From Chrysomallon squamiferum (taxonomy: Eukaryota; Animalia; Mollusca), in contig CM022671.1 of NCBI GenBank assembly GCA_012295275.1, positions 14,942,001 through 15,006,000 on the forward strand: 64,000 nt of DNA. The letters run 5' to 3'. Under the pieces are notes generated by a model that was not told the DNA's origin, did no database searches, and worked only from the letters and a program-made list of their open reading frames with translations. The position numbers and the translations under genes were made by a program. Below are positions 14,451 to 37,515 of this stretch, piece by piece. Position 1 is the first letter of the stretch. The number at the start of each line of letters is the position of its first letter.

Positions 14451-15624
14451 AAGTAACAGGGAATATTAAGAACAAATCATTCATAAAGAAATAAAAATCA
14501 TCTTTAATCAGATACTCAGTGTATACTCTGACAAATCTTTGTTCTAAACTAGCAAATAATTATATTTTCATTAACACACATATTTTGCAATCCCAGAGTT
14601 GATTTTCAAAAGAGCTCTGGAAAATTAACTTCACAGCACCCTGAATATTCAGAAGATTTTATGGTTGATTTAGTTTGGATATCATTCCAGGAATGTTGGA
14701 TGGGGGGGGGAATGACTGAACCCTTTACCCCCCTGTAACTGGTTTAGTGAGAGGTTAGTACTCTCAGATTTTGGCTTACAGCTACAGCTATGTGAAGAGA
14801 GTTTACTTAATAACAAACCAAAACTGCCACATTGAACTATATAAATAATTTATACTCATTAACATACACTGTCTGTACAACAGTTTTTAATAGGCTCCTG
14901 AATCTCTTAAAGTTGTTTGTGTAAAATTTGTTCATTCATATACCAGAATTTCTTCAAATTTTAAAAGTATATTTGTTTTACTAACAATAATCACAGAAAC
15001 TTTATATATATTAAATTTGTATATATATATATATATATATATAAATATATATATTTAAAAAGTTATTTTTATTTATTTATTTATTTATTTTCTTTGGTAC
15101 ATGGCCAATTTAATTTCAGCAATTTTCACTTAAAGGTGCAATCTGCCATTATTCCAATTACAACAGTTAGGTCAGTCAGTCTCTAATGTATTTTTCTTAA
15201 AAGGCAATTTCAGTCATTCCCAAAATAAAATGTAAAAAAAACAAAAAAAAAAAAAACATATTACTTTTTAATTTTAAATAATCCAAAGAGTGAAGATCAT
15301 TTGACCTTTACTTTAACCTTGTATAGTGTGACCTTGCATGAAAAATGTATACCAGAGTTTTCTACACAAAAATTGTTTGGTAACTTTGAAGGCCCTGTGA
15401 TATAAGCACAACCAATACAAGACAGTCGCATCAGCACTGTACACCTTCTCTAGGCCATAGATTTAAATCATTTATTTATTCACTAAAAAGTACGTAATAA
15501 ATATATATGATTATTATTATCATGCAACATATCCGGGTGTGGGGTGGGGGAATGTACTGTTGACTCTCGATTTCACAGACCTGTTTTTTCCAGATTTCTC
15601 AACAAAAAAAATCACAAAATTTGA

Positions 15625-16070
15625 ACTTACCGCCATTTCTCACTTAAAAACCGCACCTTTAAATACTGCTAGTTACTTACGATCTCGGAAAACCTCTCTC
15701 AGATCACTTTCCGTCGACGTTAGAGTAAATACTACAACTGCACACTAACTATCCTAACCAAACAAGAATTACGCAACCTAACCTACATTTTTACTTAACT
15801 GGTGTGATATTTGTTTATACTGTTTTTATGACCGTTTTTCTTATATTATTACATCGCTGTAATATATAGCTGTTACGTGAACCAAAGTTTAATGTTTCGA
15901 CAGGGTTAAAGTTTACATTCGGGATTTCCGAGAGTTTCGCATTTTCCGTACTGGTGCTGACTCCTGTTAGTCCGAGAACACGATGATCAGCAGCGTTATA
16001 CATTATACAAAACACTAAATTAATATTATTACTTACTACAGAGAACAACTGGAGAATCTACCTCGAGTAC
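15625..16070 (-). promoter_or_regulatory. Candidate promoter and first exon of the myosin gene (CpG-retaining island)
   Basis: CpG frequency rises sharply at the end of the CpG-poor myosin gene body. There are minus-strand GTAAGT donors at 15625-15630 and 15675-15680. Confidence 0.45.
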
Positions 16071-16141
16071 CATCACATTTACATTTAATAAATGACAACA
16101 GCAATACCACAAATGTAATAAATATTACTTATTTATTTATT

Positions 16142-16195
<54 letters not shown>

Positions 16196-17030
16196 GCTGA
16201 TCTATTTATTTAACTGTTATTTTTTTTTTTTTTCCATTCGACAAAACAGGGACATCGAAAATACAGATATAGATCTATTCCGTGCACATACAGAAACATA
16301 GGTATAATAATAATAATAACGTTTTCTTAGGGTTAGAAAGATATTTTATTTACTACAAAATTCGTTTTTGATTTAATTTATATTCAACGTACTTATTCTA
16401 GCAAGGAAGGTAAGAATTATTTATTGAAAATGATTAAACTCAGTTATTGTTGTCCCAGTTGTCCCCGACAGGGCGTCTTATAACATAAGGACAGCCCACG
16501 AAAAATACAACCCTAATTAATTTGAGTTTAACAAGACAAAACGAACAGCTTATATCCACTAATGACATAAATAAATGAATGAATAAATAAATAAATAAAA
16601 TAAAACGTAAGAAATGATTTACAGCATCATAGCTGAACTGAATGTATGAACAATGTACGTACTGACATTATGGCAGAGATTAAATTCCATAAACAAAAAT
16701 GTTCGTTATTATTTCAACCTTGGTAATAACTCATTCTAAATACTGAGTGTATTTTGGATGGGGGGGGGGCGGGTGAGGTTTGGAGAGAGGGCAGACACAA
16801 ATTATTTTCTGCTCTCCTAGTGTGCTTAACAAAATTATCTGACTGATAAAGATAATCAAATCCAACAGTAAATTAGATTTAAAATTTACATTTAAAACTG
16901 GATATAATTCTATAATTTCATAAATTATCTTACGTGTATGGTATATCTTGTTTGTAGTAGTGTAGTAGAATATGATGTATATTCTTTGTATGATATATAT
17001 TTTTTGTACTGGGTTCACAGCAGTATAGTA

Positions 17031-17302
17031 CCGGGGTCAACAACCTTTTGGAGAGAGGGGGCCAGACAGCTATGCAGTGTTTTGGAAGAGGGCCAAGATA
17101 CCAAATGTATTATAGACACACACACACACACACACACACACATATCTCTCTCTCTCAATTCTCTCTTCAATAAAGAGCACCAAAAAGGGATGCTAGAAAG
17201 CAAGGATGCTTTGGTCTGGAGGTTTCAAGAAAAAACGATGTCGTTACTGTAATAATTGGTGTCCAAATGTTCAGTCGGCGAGCCGGATGTATCCGACCCC
17301 TG
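17031..17302. mobile_element. Probable hAT-type MITE with an internal (CA)n/(TC)n tract
   Basis: The ends CCGGGGTCAACAACCTTTT ... GAGCCGGATGTATCCGACCCCTG resemble CAGGGGTCGGCAAC-type hAT termini. The 8-bp flanks match at only 5 of 8 positions (gtatagta/atactgta). Confidence 0.5.
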
Positions 17303-20300
17303 ATACTGTATATCGTATGTCAAACAGTATAGTATATCATACAGTATAGTATATCATACCACAGTCTTCGACATAACATACACTGACACCGGGTAGGAAA
17401 TACCTCAAGGATATTGACATGCAGTTATTGTATTTAACCTACTTAATTTATGCTATAATTCTACAATGTACATAATAAATAGACTGTATTTTTTTTTATA
17501 TATATAACAAATCAGATTCAACATCGTTGAAGTATATTAAGTGCAAAAAAAAAAAAATTCTAGAAATTCCCCCCCCCCCCACAACAAATACTGGAGATAA
17601 AGATGAACTAATAAAATTATATCTTGGTTCAAAATATTTTTCTCTCGTCTGGAATAGGAAAAAACCACAATAATACGACAGTGACTACAAAATATTTGAT
17701 ATATTTTTTCGGTCTAAAATTTCTTGGTAATTAGTTTTAGCAATACAACCAGTTATTATCTGCCTGTGTTATTTGTGACCTAAACACTAAATTCATTTAT
17801 GTTGATTCTTGTTTTACTGCCCTCATAAAACAGTCTTTGATGTCTACAATCTGACAGTCCGTGGTTAGTATTTGTTTAACTCGTCACTTTAACCTCTTTT
17901 TTCTTTTCTTTTCTTTTTTTCACGACCCTCATAAAATAATAATAGCTAAAATCTGCGATTAATACTAGTACTAGTAATAGCGCGAATAAGTAACAAATAG
18001 CCATATTTAAATCTATTATTACAATTATTATTATTTATTTATTTATTTATTTATTTGCGAACATCGGACAAGCTTAATTTGTTGCCAGAGTAAAAAAATT
18101 AAAAAAATTAAAAAGGAAAACCGAAAAAAAAAAAAAAAAACGAAGTAATGTATGATTTTTAAACGGAAAAACAGTTTATATGTCATACTGAAGACCTTCG
18201 ACTTCATGGATTAATAAGGAGAAGGACCGGTCCGGAAAATGAAAAGTTTATCTCAGAAATAGCGAATGTAAACATTAGCCCTGAAAGGTACAGAAACTCA
18301 AAACTTCATTACGTGTAACAGTTGTACAATTCAGTAATGTGATAACGTAAGAACAATAAACAGACATTAAAAACAGTGTAAAAATTTCAAGTATGTCGCA
18401 ATGCTAACTCATTTTAGTAAAATAAATTTGTTTTTGTTAAATAAAGATGCGTTTCATACCAATCGAAAAACATTCAGTCCCTATTTAGGAATTTCATTTT
18501 TTTTTTTTTTTTTTTTTAGTTAACAAAAAAACTTTTTCAAGAGATATCAAAGATGCATGATCTATTCAACAACGTGCTCTCTTTGTAATGACCTTAATTG
18601 AGATACATTTAACTCAGTTAAATATATTGTTTTGGCCCTTTTCAGTTCATACATAAACGTCTGATCATTGCTAAGCAACAGATGTTCGTGAACAGGTAAT
18701 TTTTCTACGGTCTAGATGTACTTCTGCCGATGACTATACAGAGTTGTCGTTCCTGAAGGGTTATTATTTATTTATTTATTTATTTATTATTATTATTTAT
18801 AGTTATTATTATTTGTATGGATCGGGCACTACCGTTTAACTTCAGATACCTATAAAACCATAAACACGGAGGTCATCTGTCAAAGACAAAGCAAAATGTG
18901 AAAGAAAATAATGGTCCATTTAATTAGTCTGTTCAGCGTAACCACCGTTTTAGTTGTTTACGAGTTATTCTCCTATCTTTATTTGTACTTTTTACCTATT
19001 ACCCTTTGTGTTCATCTTTCACTTATCTATTTATACTAACGCATGTGTATTTCTATTCATAACTATATTTTTTCCACGTTGATGTTACGTGTCTATTTTC
19101 AGTGTGTCGTCTGTCAGATTTTCGACTCCTTCCTTGCGTCTTCGTTCGATCATTACTTTTCTTCTTTTATCATATTTTCTTTATCTGTGTATCGTTCATC
19201 AGATCGCGGACACTCCATAAAATCGTCCTCACTGTCAGATATTTAATCCTCTTCTTCTATCATCTTCATCAGTTCTAACTGGCATGATGAGTAACAGAAT
19301 GTTAAAAAAGAAACTGAAGAGTAAACCTTGCGCGAGTGCGTCATCTGCAATATAAAAAGTTTACGTAGTATACATCTTGGCTTTTTAAATTAAAAAGGAA
19401 TTTTTTTTTTTTTTTTTTTTTTTTTTAAATATTAAATTTGTAGGCCTAATAACAGATCCCGTGTTTATCCCGTGAAGGTTAAAATGCCGAATGCAGCAAG
19501 CATTTCGCTGGCAGAAATAAACAACTTTTCGAAAATGCCTCGTTATTTTTGGCTATTTTATTTTATTCGATAATTATATTATTTATAATATTTATTTAAC
19601 GAAATTAAGGTTAAATGTTGTAGTATTCTTAAAAATCAAACTGTATGAAAAACGTTCGAACTCTTAATTAGTATATCTATATATATTCATCCCCCACACA
19701 CACACATATTATAATTGAAGTAGTAATGGAATGAATTTACTGAAAAGTGATATTACAGTTACAAAACAATTAAACCTACAATGAAATCAATACAAAATAT
19801 TATTAAAATAATTTATGTCTGTCATTGCAGCGACACATAATTGACCGTACAAAGAATGATTCTTCGTTCACGTATCACGGCCGTGGCAGTAACGACATCC
19901 GTGGGTCCTCACAAGTTAACAATTCTAACATGCTTCTCATTTTTGCTAGAACAAATTACCAAATGTTTTTTTCGCTTTGCAACCGTTTGTACAAAATATA
20001 TAAAGGACTGTTTGGTATTTTTCTTGCCCATTATCATTAAGACCGTGTAATTAAAAATTATGCAAAAATAACTGATCACAAACAAACACCAACAGTAATG
20101 ACACCAAAAGTTTTAACTTAAAATGCATTCGCAATGAACTATGGTTATAGGGCCAAGTAACAGTGATGGAACTTTTCTAACCTAGAGACAACGAAGGCTC
20201 AGGCTGGCGTCTATGTATGTACCATACTGTACATATCTCTTGTGTTAATCAGACGTGCATCATCTTCAGAATTGTTGTTGTAGTAATTCTGTTTTTTACG

Positions 20301-20929
20301 TTTACCTGAATAAAATATTTTTACCGACTTAGTACATAGATTTCTCCACTAGTTCTGTATCGGTTTATGTTCTAAAAGTATTTTTAATTTTCCGAAGAAA
20401 AATAACGTAACAGAATCAGGAAAATGGAATTAGATGAATACTTTTCATTACCAAGACCTATGTCATAGTATGTAAAATTTAGATATTATATTTAACTTTA
20501 CTTGTGCAAAATATCATCAAAATACATTATCTGCAAATTATTCTGCAGCTTCTGAAATTCCTCTTATTTAACTTAACTTAATGGATTGTAAACCATTATA
20601 GCCTCGGTTAGGACCCCATTCTTTTTCTCCTTCTAATTATTATTCAAATTATTTATTTACCATTAATTGTCACTTTAGCTAAGACAGAATTGTATATTGT
20701 ACTGGGTTTTTCCACATTCATTACACTGTCGTACAAATAATTTTAATTTGGGGAACTTTTTTTTTTTTTTTTTTCTCACCTATTCTTAACTAAGTGCAAT
20801 AGTAAATAATAATATCGTCTTCAGTCAAGCAGCAGCAAAGACAAATTATTTTACTTATAGTTCCGTACATGTATAATTTATATTTAGCATGTTTTAATTT
20901 TGGTGAAAATTACGATCACCATAACATTT

Positions 20930-21050
20930 TGAAAAGTTTTATCGATTGTTGGTATTAAGCGCCTTCTGAATATTCATGAGTACATTTACTTCCGCCATAC
21001 TCGATCCGTCGTATTTGTTAAACGACCTATCTTTTCAGTTTTTTGTGAGT
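20930..21050 (+). promoter_or_regulatory. Candidate PAGR1 promoter and non-coding first exon ending at a GTGAGT donor (~21045)
   Basis: CpG-rich segment with CCGCCAT and a donor gtgagt. The next acceptor is ttcag at 21444, just before the coding exon. Confidence 0.5.
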
Positions 21051-21470
21051 ATTTCTAAAAATAAGCCGTGGTTTTTTAAAATATCTTGGTATCATTTCTT
21101 TTTTGCACTGCTGGTTACTATATAAAACAACCTAATTTCGATTTAGCGTATCGATCAACCATTATTTACCTTCACATTCTGATAACAACCTGCGATTCAT
21201 AGGCGGTGATCATCAAATTGTTCCTTGCCTTTAAAAAGCCCTATATTATTAAACCAATGAAGAAATATCTATTCAGAAGTAATGTCAGGTTTAATTTATA
21301 AGTTTTAAGGCTTAAAATATTCCAGTAATGTATTTATATGTATTGGAATGTTTTTTTACAAAAATAATATCCCCCTTCTTTTTTTTTTTTTTTTTTACGA
21401 TATAATTAATATATCGAGGTTTTTGTACAGAAACTTATTTTCAGATAATGTTTGACTGAATTTGGAGAAA

Positions 21471-23850
21471 ATGAAATTGTCTGCTGCAGGGTCGGGTAGT
21501 GATCAAGACTGGTATGTTGATGGCAGTGATGATGAAAAATACAATCCAGGGAAAATACAGGGAGTTAGTTGGCAGCCCATGCCAAACGATATCATTGGCA
21601 TGTTTGAGCACCTGTCTAAAGATAAAGCTGTTCTTGACTTAAAATGGCAATGTCCTGGTCGCAAGTCTCCGGAGTCTGAGAAGGAGAGTGAAGAAGAAGA
21701 AGATGAAGAGGAGCAGGATGATGGCAAGGAGGAAGTGGTGGAAGAAGAGGTCAAGTAAGTGAAGTATATAAGCTAAAAGGAATTAGTAGAATTAATTCCC
21801 CACCTTGTTTAAAAATAAAAAAAAAAAAAAAAAAAAAAAAAAATTAAATCTTAATAAAAATTAGAAATTCAACCAATCTCTTAAAATAAAGACAATTTTT
21901 ATTCCATAAGGAGCAAACAACAGATCATTTTATTTAATATGTATTTACAAATATTCAAAATTGATTACATATAATGGAAATAATGTTTGATATTTTGATG
22001 ACAAGTTGATGTTTTTGAGTAGTACATTGAAATGTTTATTCTTCAAAAGCTGGTAAAATGTTCAGAGATCATTGCAGACATAAAAATTATGATTAAATTT
22101 ATCCAAAAGGAATTAATTACGTATTCAATGGACAGAAATAACTGGTTTTTTTTATATATTTTTTTTCATCAAGAATTGTCAGATTAATAAAAAGAAAAAT
22201 TCTATTTAAATTATAGTATCATGGTATGGTTTATCTGTGTCAAATATTGTAAACTTACAACAAAAAACACTTTTATTATTTTAAAATATCAAACTATTAA
22301 CCTTATTCCACTGAAATCATTAATTTAAAATTTTCATTACATACTAATTATATATCTTTAATACATATTTCCAGAGCACCAGAGCCTAGTGCATTTGATT
22401 TTGATGACTCTGCAACAGAATCAACAGGAAATATTACTCCACGAAGAATATCAGGTATAGCATATACTGAGAAATATAAATGTTGTAAAGTCATTTTAAA
22501 TTTGTAGGCAGTAAGCCTTTTGTCAATTTTAAAGAAAAGTGATCTGAATATTTATGGTAACAGGCACCCAGAACATTACATTGTCATATGCACAAATTTA
22601 TATTTCATTAATTAAATTTTCCATTATTAATTTTAAAAATATTACATAATATCTTTTTTTTTGTCTTTAATTTTTAAAAGAACATTTATATATAATTTAT
22701 TGATATGGGTAGGCAGTGGGTTGTTTGTTTGATTTGTGTAGTGTTTGTCATTTGTCATTTGTTTTCAGCTGGTGTTTATTACTATACAAATGGTTAGGGT
22801 CTATTAGGAGCTTTACATAAAACAATTGTTAATTATGGAATAACTTTGGAAGAATGTCAAAGGGTTTGCTCTTGTCATTGTGTCTAAGGAAAAAATAAAG
22901 TCAGACTCCATTCAGTTACATGGTTTAGCAATCATATAATATTTGATCTTATCCAAAATTCATGCAGCTGAAGTATTTAATATACTGGAATGACAGTGAA
23001 ATTATTAGAGAAATTTGTGAAAAAGCAATTTGTTTTAATTGTAAACAGTATTCTTCATTATTTTATTTTATTCACTTTGTTTGAGTTAGATTTAACCATT
23101 ATTTTGATGTAATTAATCGCATATTATTTAGAAAACATTTTGCTAAACTTAATGCTGTAAAATTGGTTTTTCGATTGTTTTCTTTCTCATAGGATTAAAA
23201 TCTGGTATTCAAATTTTTTTAATAATTGAAAATGAAAAGTACATTATTAATCTTAATCAAGATTATAATATTTTTTTTAAAGTTTCAATGGCTGTTTTAA
23301 TACCAAGTCTAAAAAGATATTTTAAATAACATATGTCAGATTGAAGTTGTAAACCATACTGGAGATATGTTATAAGTATTTAGCTTTATTTTCAGGCAGT
23401 AGTAAAACACCAAGAACTCAGAAACGTGTTGCACGAATGGACAAAGTTCTTGATGACATCAGACGACAACAACTAGAACGTGCAGCTTTGAAAGAGGCTC
23501 GGCGAGCAGTGGCTAGCTCACCAGGAGAAAGTCCCGGAAGTGCTAGATTTCGATTAGGAATGACAGGAACATCCATATCCGAGACAGCAGCCACCTCAAA
23601 CCTGAATCAGAAAGGAACAATGAAACAACAGATTCGAACATTCACAGCATCAAGGGAAGGTGGTGACAGGATAGGCAGTCCTTCACAACTTAAATGGAGA
23701 TCTGGACTTTCTCCAAAGGTATCCAATTCATCTGCAGGCAGTCCAGCTAATTCACCTTCCTCACCTTCGTTAGCAAACAGACAATCTCCAGTTAACAAGA
23801 CATGGCAGACTAATGAACACATTGAAGATGGACCCAAACAAAACAGCTAA
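21471..23850 (+). CDS. PAGR1: PAXIP1-associated glutamate-rich protein 1 (PA1), ~272 aa; exons 21471-21754, 22375-22454, 23396-23850
   Basis: Motifs DWYVDGSDDE, WQPMPNDI..MFEHL....VLDLKWQCPGR, an acidic tract, SAFDFDD...TPRR and TPRTQKRVARMDKVLDDIRR match conserved PAGR1 blocks (FDFDD, RRTPG, QKREARLDKVLSDMKR). GT-AG sites and phases join into one ORF. Confidence 0.88.
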
Positions 23851-24630
23851 TGTGCAAATTGTGTTTTTCTCACCCATGGGTAAATTTATGAAACAGAAAA
23901 TGTTCATTTATTTATTCATTATTTTACTTTTTAGGTCAAAGCATTTGTTATTTTGTAGGAAAAATTTAAGCAATAAAAGAAATTTAAACATCAGACTGTT
24001 TTATCATGTAGTCTTAATTTTTTTCAAAATACAGCCCAACAGGTTTCTTCAAAATTGAATTCATGAAACTGAAAATATTTTCATTACTCTTACAAGAAAT
24101 AACAACAACTAAAAAATTATACTTGGAAAAGATGTTTATTGTCTGGGTTCTAGAGAACATTATTTGTGGGAATGATAAAACAATGCACAAAAATCCCCCA
24201 ATTAAAGTGATCAGACAAATGTCACAAAAGCAGTTCAGATACACACAAACATTTATATAAATAAATGTACGTTGGAGACTCGATCATGACATTTGTATAT
24301 ATACAATAAATTTATTTTGTTACATTAAACATTCAGATATAAATTTTTTCACATTGATTTGAAATGTGAACAAAAAAATTAAAATATTTAGTAAACATAT
24401 AATAAAACAGTAGGCAGTAATATAGGATATTAAATTACATTTATTAAATGAAACCAGGAACGCTAAGACATTTCATTTTAAATACATTCCTGTGGAAAAA
24501 AAAATCTTGAGGATAATTTACAGTTCACTAAACTTCTTAATTTATTTACATTTCTCATTCATTCATGCACACACACCTACAATTTTCATGTAATACTACA
24601 CTTTTTATTATTCAGTTTGTTTTCTCTTAA

Positions 24631-25230
24631 CAGCAAAACCTCTTTATAATGCCTACCCATATATATTCACCATCCCCATTTATGGCAGCAAAGCTGTTGT
24701 CATAAAACAAGTACCTAATTTGTCAATGAAGACCAGTTTAAAAACTATTACATAATTCAAAATAAAGTGCTTTTTTATTATTTATTTCAAAACATCAAGA
24801 CCACTTAAACAAAAACTGCATTTACAAATAAAAATGTCATATAGCTCTATTAAGAAATACCCCACCCCCTTTTTCTCATATTTTGCATTGCAAAACAAAA
24901 CATGACTTAATACTGTTTGCCTGATTCATGAAAGAAATGAATAACCAGGATAAATGAGAACTGGTTCAACTATTAGCATTTTTCTGTAAGAAAATTTGTT
25001 CCTTAATACTTGGCACATTATTGAATGAACCAAATGAAAGGATCTAAACTTGGTATACTCTTTATTATTCTATACGACAACAGGCAAGCAGTGGGATATT
25101 TTTAGGCTAGCTATGAGGTCTGGTTCATGTACTAATTCCAAATTTCAGAAAATCTGTAATATCCGTCCAACTCATGAAAAAATAAAATCAGCTAAACACT
25201 AATGCCGGCACTATAAAGAGGTTTTCACTG
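24631..25230. mobile_element. Tc1/mariner-type MITE, ~600 bp, related to the element at 3831-4137
   Basis: Terminal inverted repeats CAGCAAAACCTCTTTATAATGCC ... GGCACTATAAAGAGGTTTTCACTG|ta. It shares the subterminal cccatatat motif with the 3831 element. Confidence 0.65.
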
Positions 25231-27247
25231 TATAGTGATAATGAACTGTAATTATAAGAGGTTTAACATAAAAAATTTAATTGTATAGTCATCAATGTCA
25301 ATTCAGAGAACAAAAATACAAATTTCATTATATGTATTGTATATAGCAAATAAAATAATTGTTTAACAAGTTTTTATAACAAAAGTATATTTATTAAAAC
25401 AGGAACCAGCCCTAAATTTCTATTAAAATTTCAAATTTCATTAGGATTGAGAGGAAATAGGTTTGAACAAATGTGATACAAAAAACATACATATACATAT
25501 CACTTTACAATGAAAAATTACTAATACAACAACAAATCTTTTGCAGTTTAAGCCACAACAATGTATTTTACCCATGTTAAATTCAGTTTTTGGTTTTTAG
25601 ACAAGCTGTAACTAATTTCTTTCAACACTAAAGAAATCTGTGATTATTTACAACTGGCATTGTAAGCTTTGTCTATATTTTCACTATCAAGAAATTCTTC
25701 ATAAAAAAAACCCCAATAAAAACGAAACAAAATAGTTGTTTTTATTTGTATAATGCTGCTGTATTTTTGAAATTTGAGCAACTATTCTAAAGAAAACAAG
25801 AACAGCCTGTCATCCCAAATATACTGCAATTTGTTTCTTTTAACAATAATATAAATAAATCAAAAATAATCGCCCCAAAAAAACTAAATAAATATATAAA
25901 AACAAATCATAAATATTATAATAAAAAATAATGTAAGAAAAATTATTTTAATACACTTAACCTGCTTGAATTGTAATTTGTAAATTAATTGATGAAATTC
26001 ATTTAATAATTAACAGTATTTACTGATCAGTTTATTTTCCTGGAAAAAAACAAAAACGAAACATGTATCACAACTGACAGAATTTTCAATATTACCAGAT
26101 GATGGTTTATACAATTCCATAAAACAAAGAAGATAATGTTATACGCAACATTCACTAGATTTAAATATTTTGAGAAAATATTTCATTATCCCAGTGTTCA
26201 AAAAAAACAACTGAGGAAGTAATAAGAAATGCATGCATTAAGAATATTATATCCTCATGATACAAAAATTTTACTTTAAAAATCACTTTATATAGCCTGT
26301 TGTCAAGTCATGATCTTTCTTACATATATTTTTTTACACAGAAATAAAGTCGTCTCAAAATTTAATAAAAAATATTTGTCACATTTGATATTTAATTTAG
26401 ATTTAAGTACATGTATGTAAAAGTTCATTGTTTCACCATACATCAAATTTTCCTGTTAAGTAGAATAAAATTCCCAATTAAAGTATTTGAAATTTAACAT
26501 CATTAAGACGTTTTAATGAATCATCTTAATAATGCAATTACTAAAAGTGAACTTGCATGTAGTTCTCATATAAAAACAAAAAAAATAAATAAAAAAAACA
26601 ACAAAAAAAGCCCTGGTATTTTTTCTTTTTGTAACTTGTGAATGGAACTCATAAATATCAACAATGATTTCTAAATCACCTCTTTATCATTAAATCACTA
26701 CATTAAATATACCAATCTCTAAGTTTTGTATTATATTCTATTAGAAACAGAAGACAACAACTAATGCAATATTAAGACTGAAAGATGTCCATTATACTCT
26801 TTTTTTTTTTTTTAGTTTCTATCTACTAACTGTGTAAGATATTAAACTAACTAAATCACCAGTAGGTTGTATTAGGATACATCAAGGCAAACTGGTTAAT
26901 AAGAATCTTGGGACCAAACTGTTTATTCCACAAGTCCAGATTAGCCATGATTGTTCTTGAGTTTTAGAATATAAGTATAAATACAAGTAATTTCAGAGAA
27001 AATGAATTTAACATTAGCCATATTTCAAATGACTCATATAATGAAAAATATTTGGCCTGCGAATGCGGCACATTTTTTTAATCACTGAAACAATAAACTG
27101 AGACTTTATTGGAACTGAGCTTGATTATTCAAGTGACACTGAAGATCATCCAAGAGTTAATTGGTCACAACAATGAGTCACCATTGTGGCTACAGCTTTG
27201 GCTTTGGTGTCTGGCTTATTAACCATAGTAGAAAAAGCTCTGGCCTT

Positions 27248-37407
<10,160 letters not shown>

Positions 37408-37412
<5 letters not shown>

Positions 37413-37515
37413 CTTGTTAGAGATGCGCAGCGCGTAGTCACGTGGTATTGGGTTTACGTCACATACCGAGGGGTGGGGGGAACCGGTCTTTGTGAATTAG
37501 TTTCTTACGTCAATG
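37408..37515 (-). promoter_or_regulatory. ERK proximal promoter and 5'UTR with YY1-like, E-box and two CRE-like motifs
   Basis: CAAGATGGC overlaps the ATG. CACGTG at 37439-37444; TTACGTCA at 37454-37461 and 37505-37512; locally CpG-rich. Confidence 0.6.

Noticed and set aside
9650-14756. Short shared motif ggatgg(g)...actg...cccc...taactg.tttagtgagagg at ~9650, ~12375 and ~14698
   Set aside because: Probably a fragment of a common dispersed repeat; too short to classify.
21503-23837. Minus-strand Ser-rich ORFs (21503-21754 and 23607-23837)
   Set aside because: Antisense shadows of PAGR1 exons.
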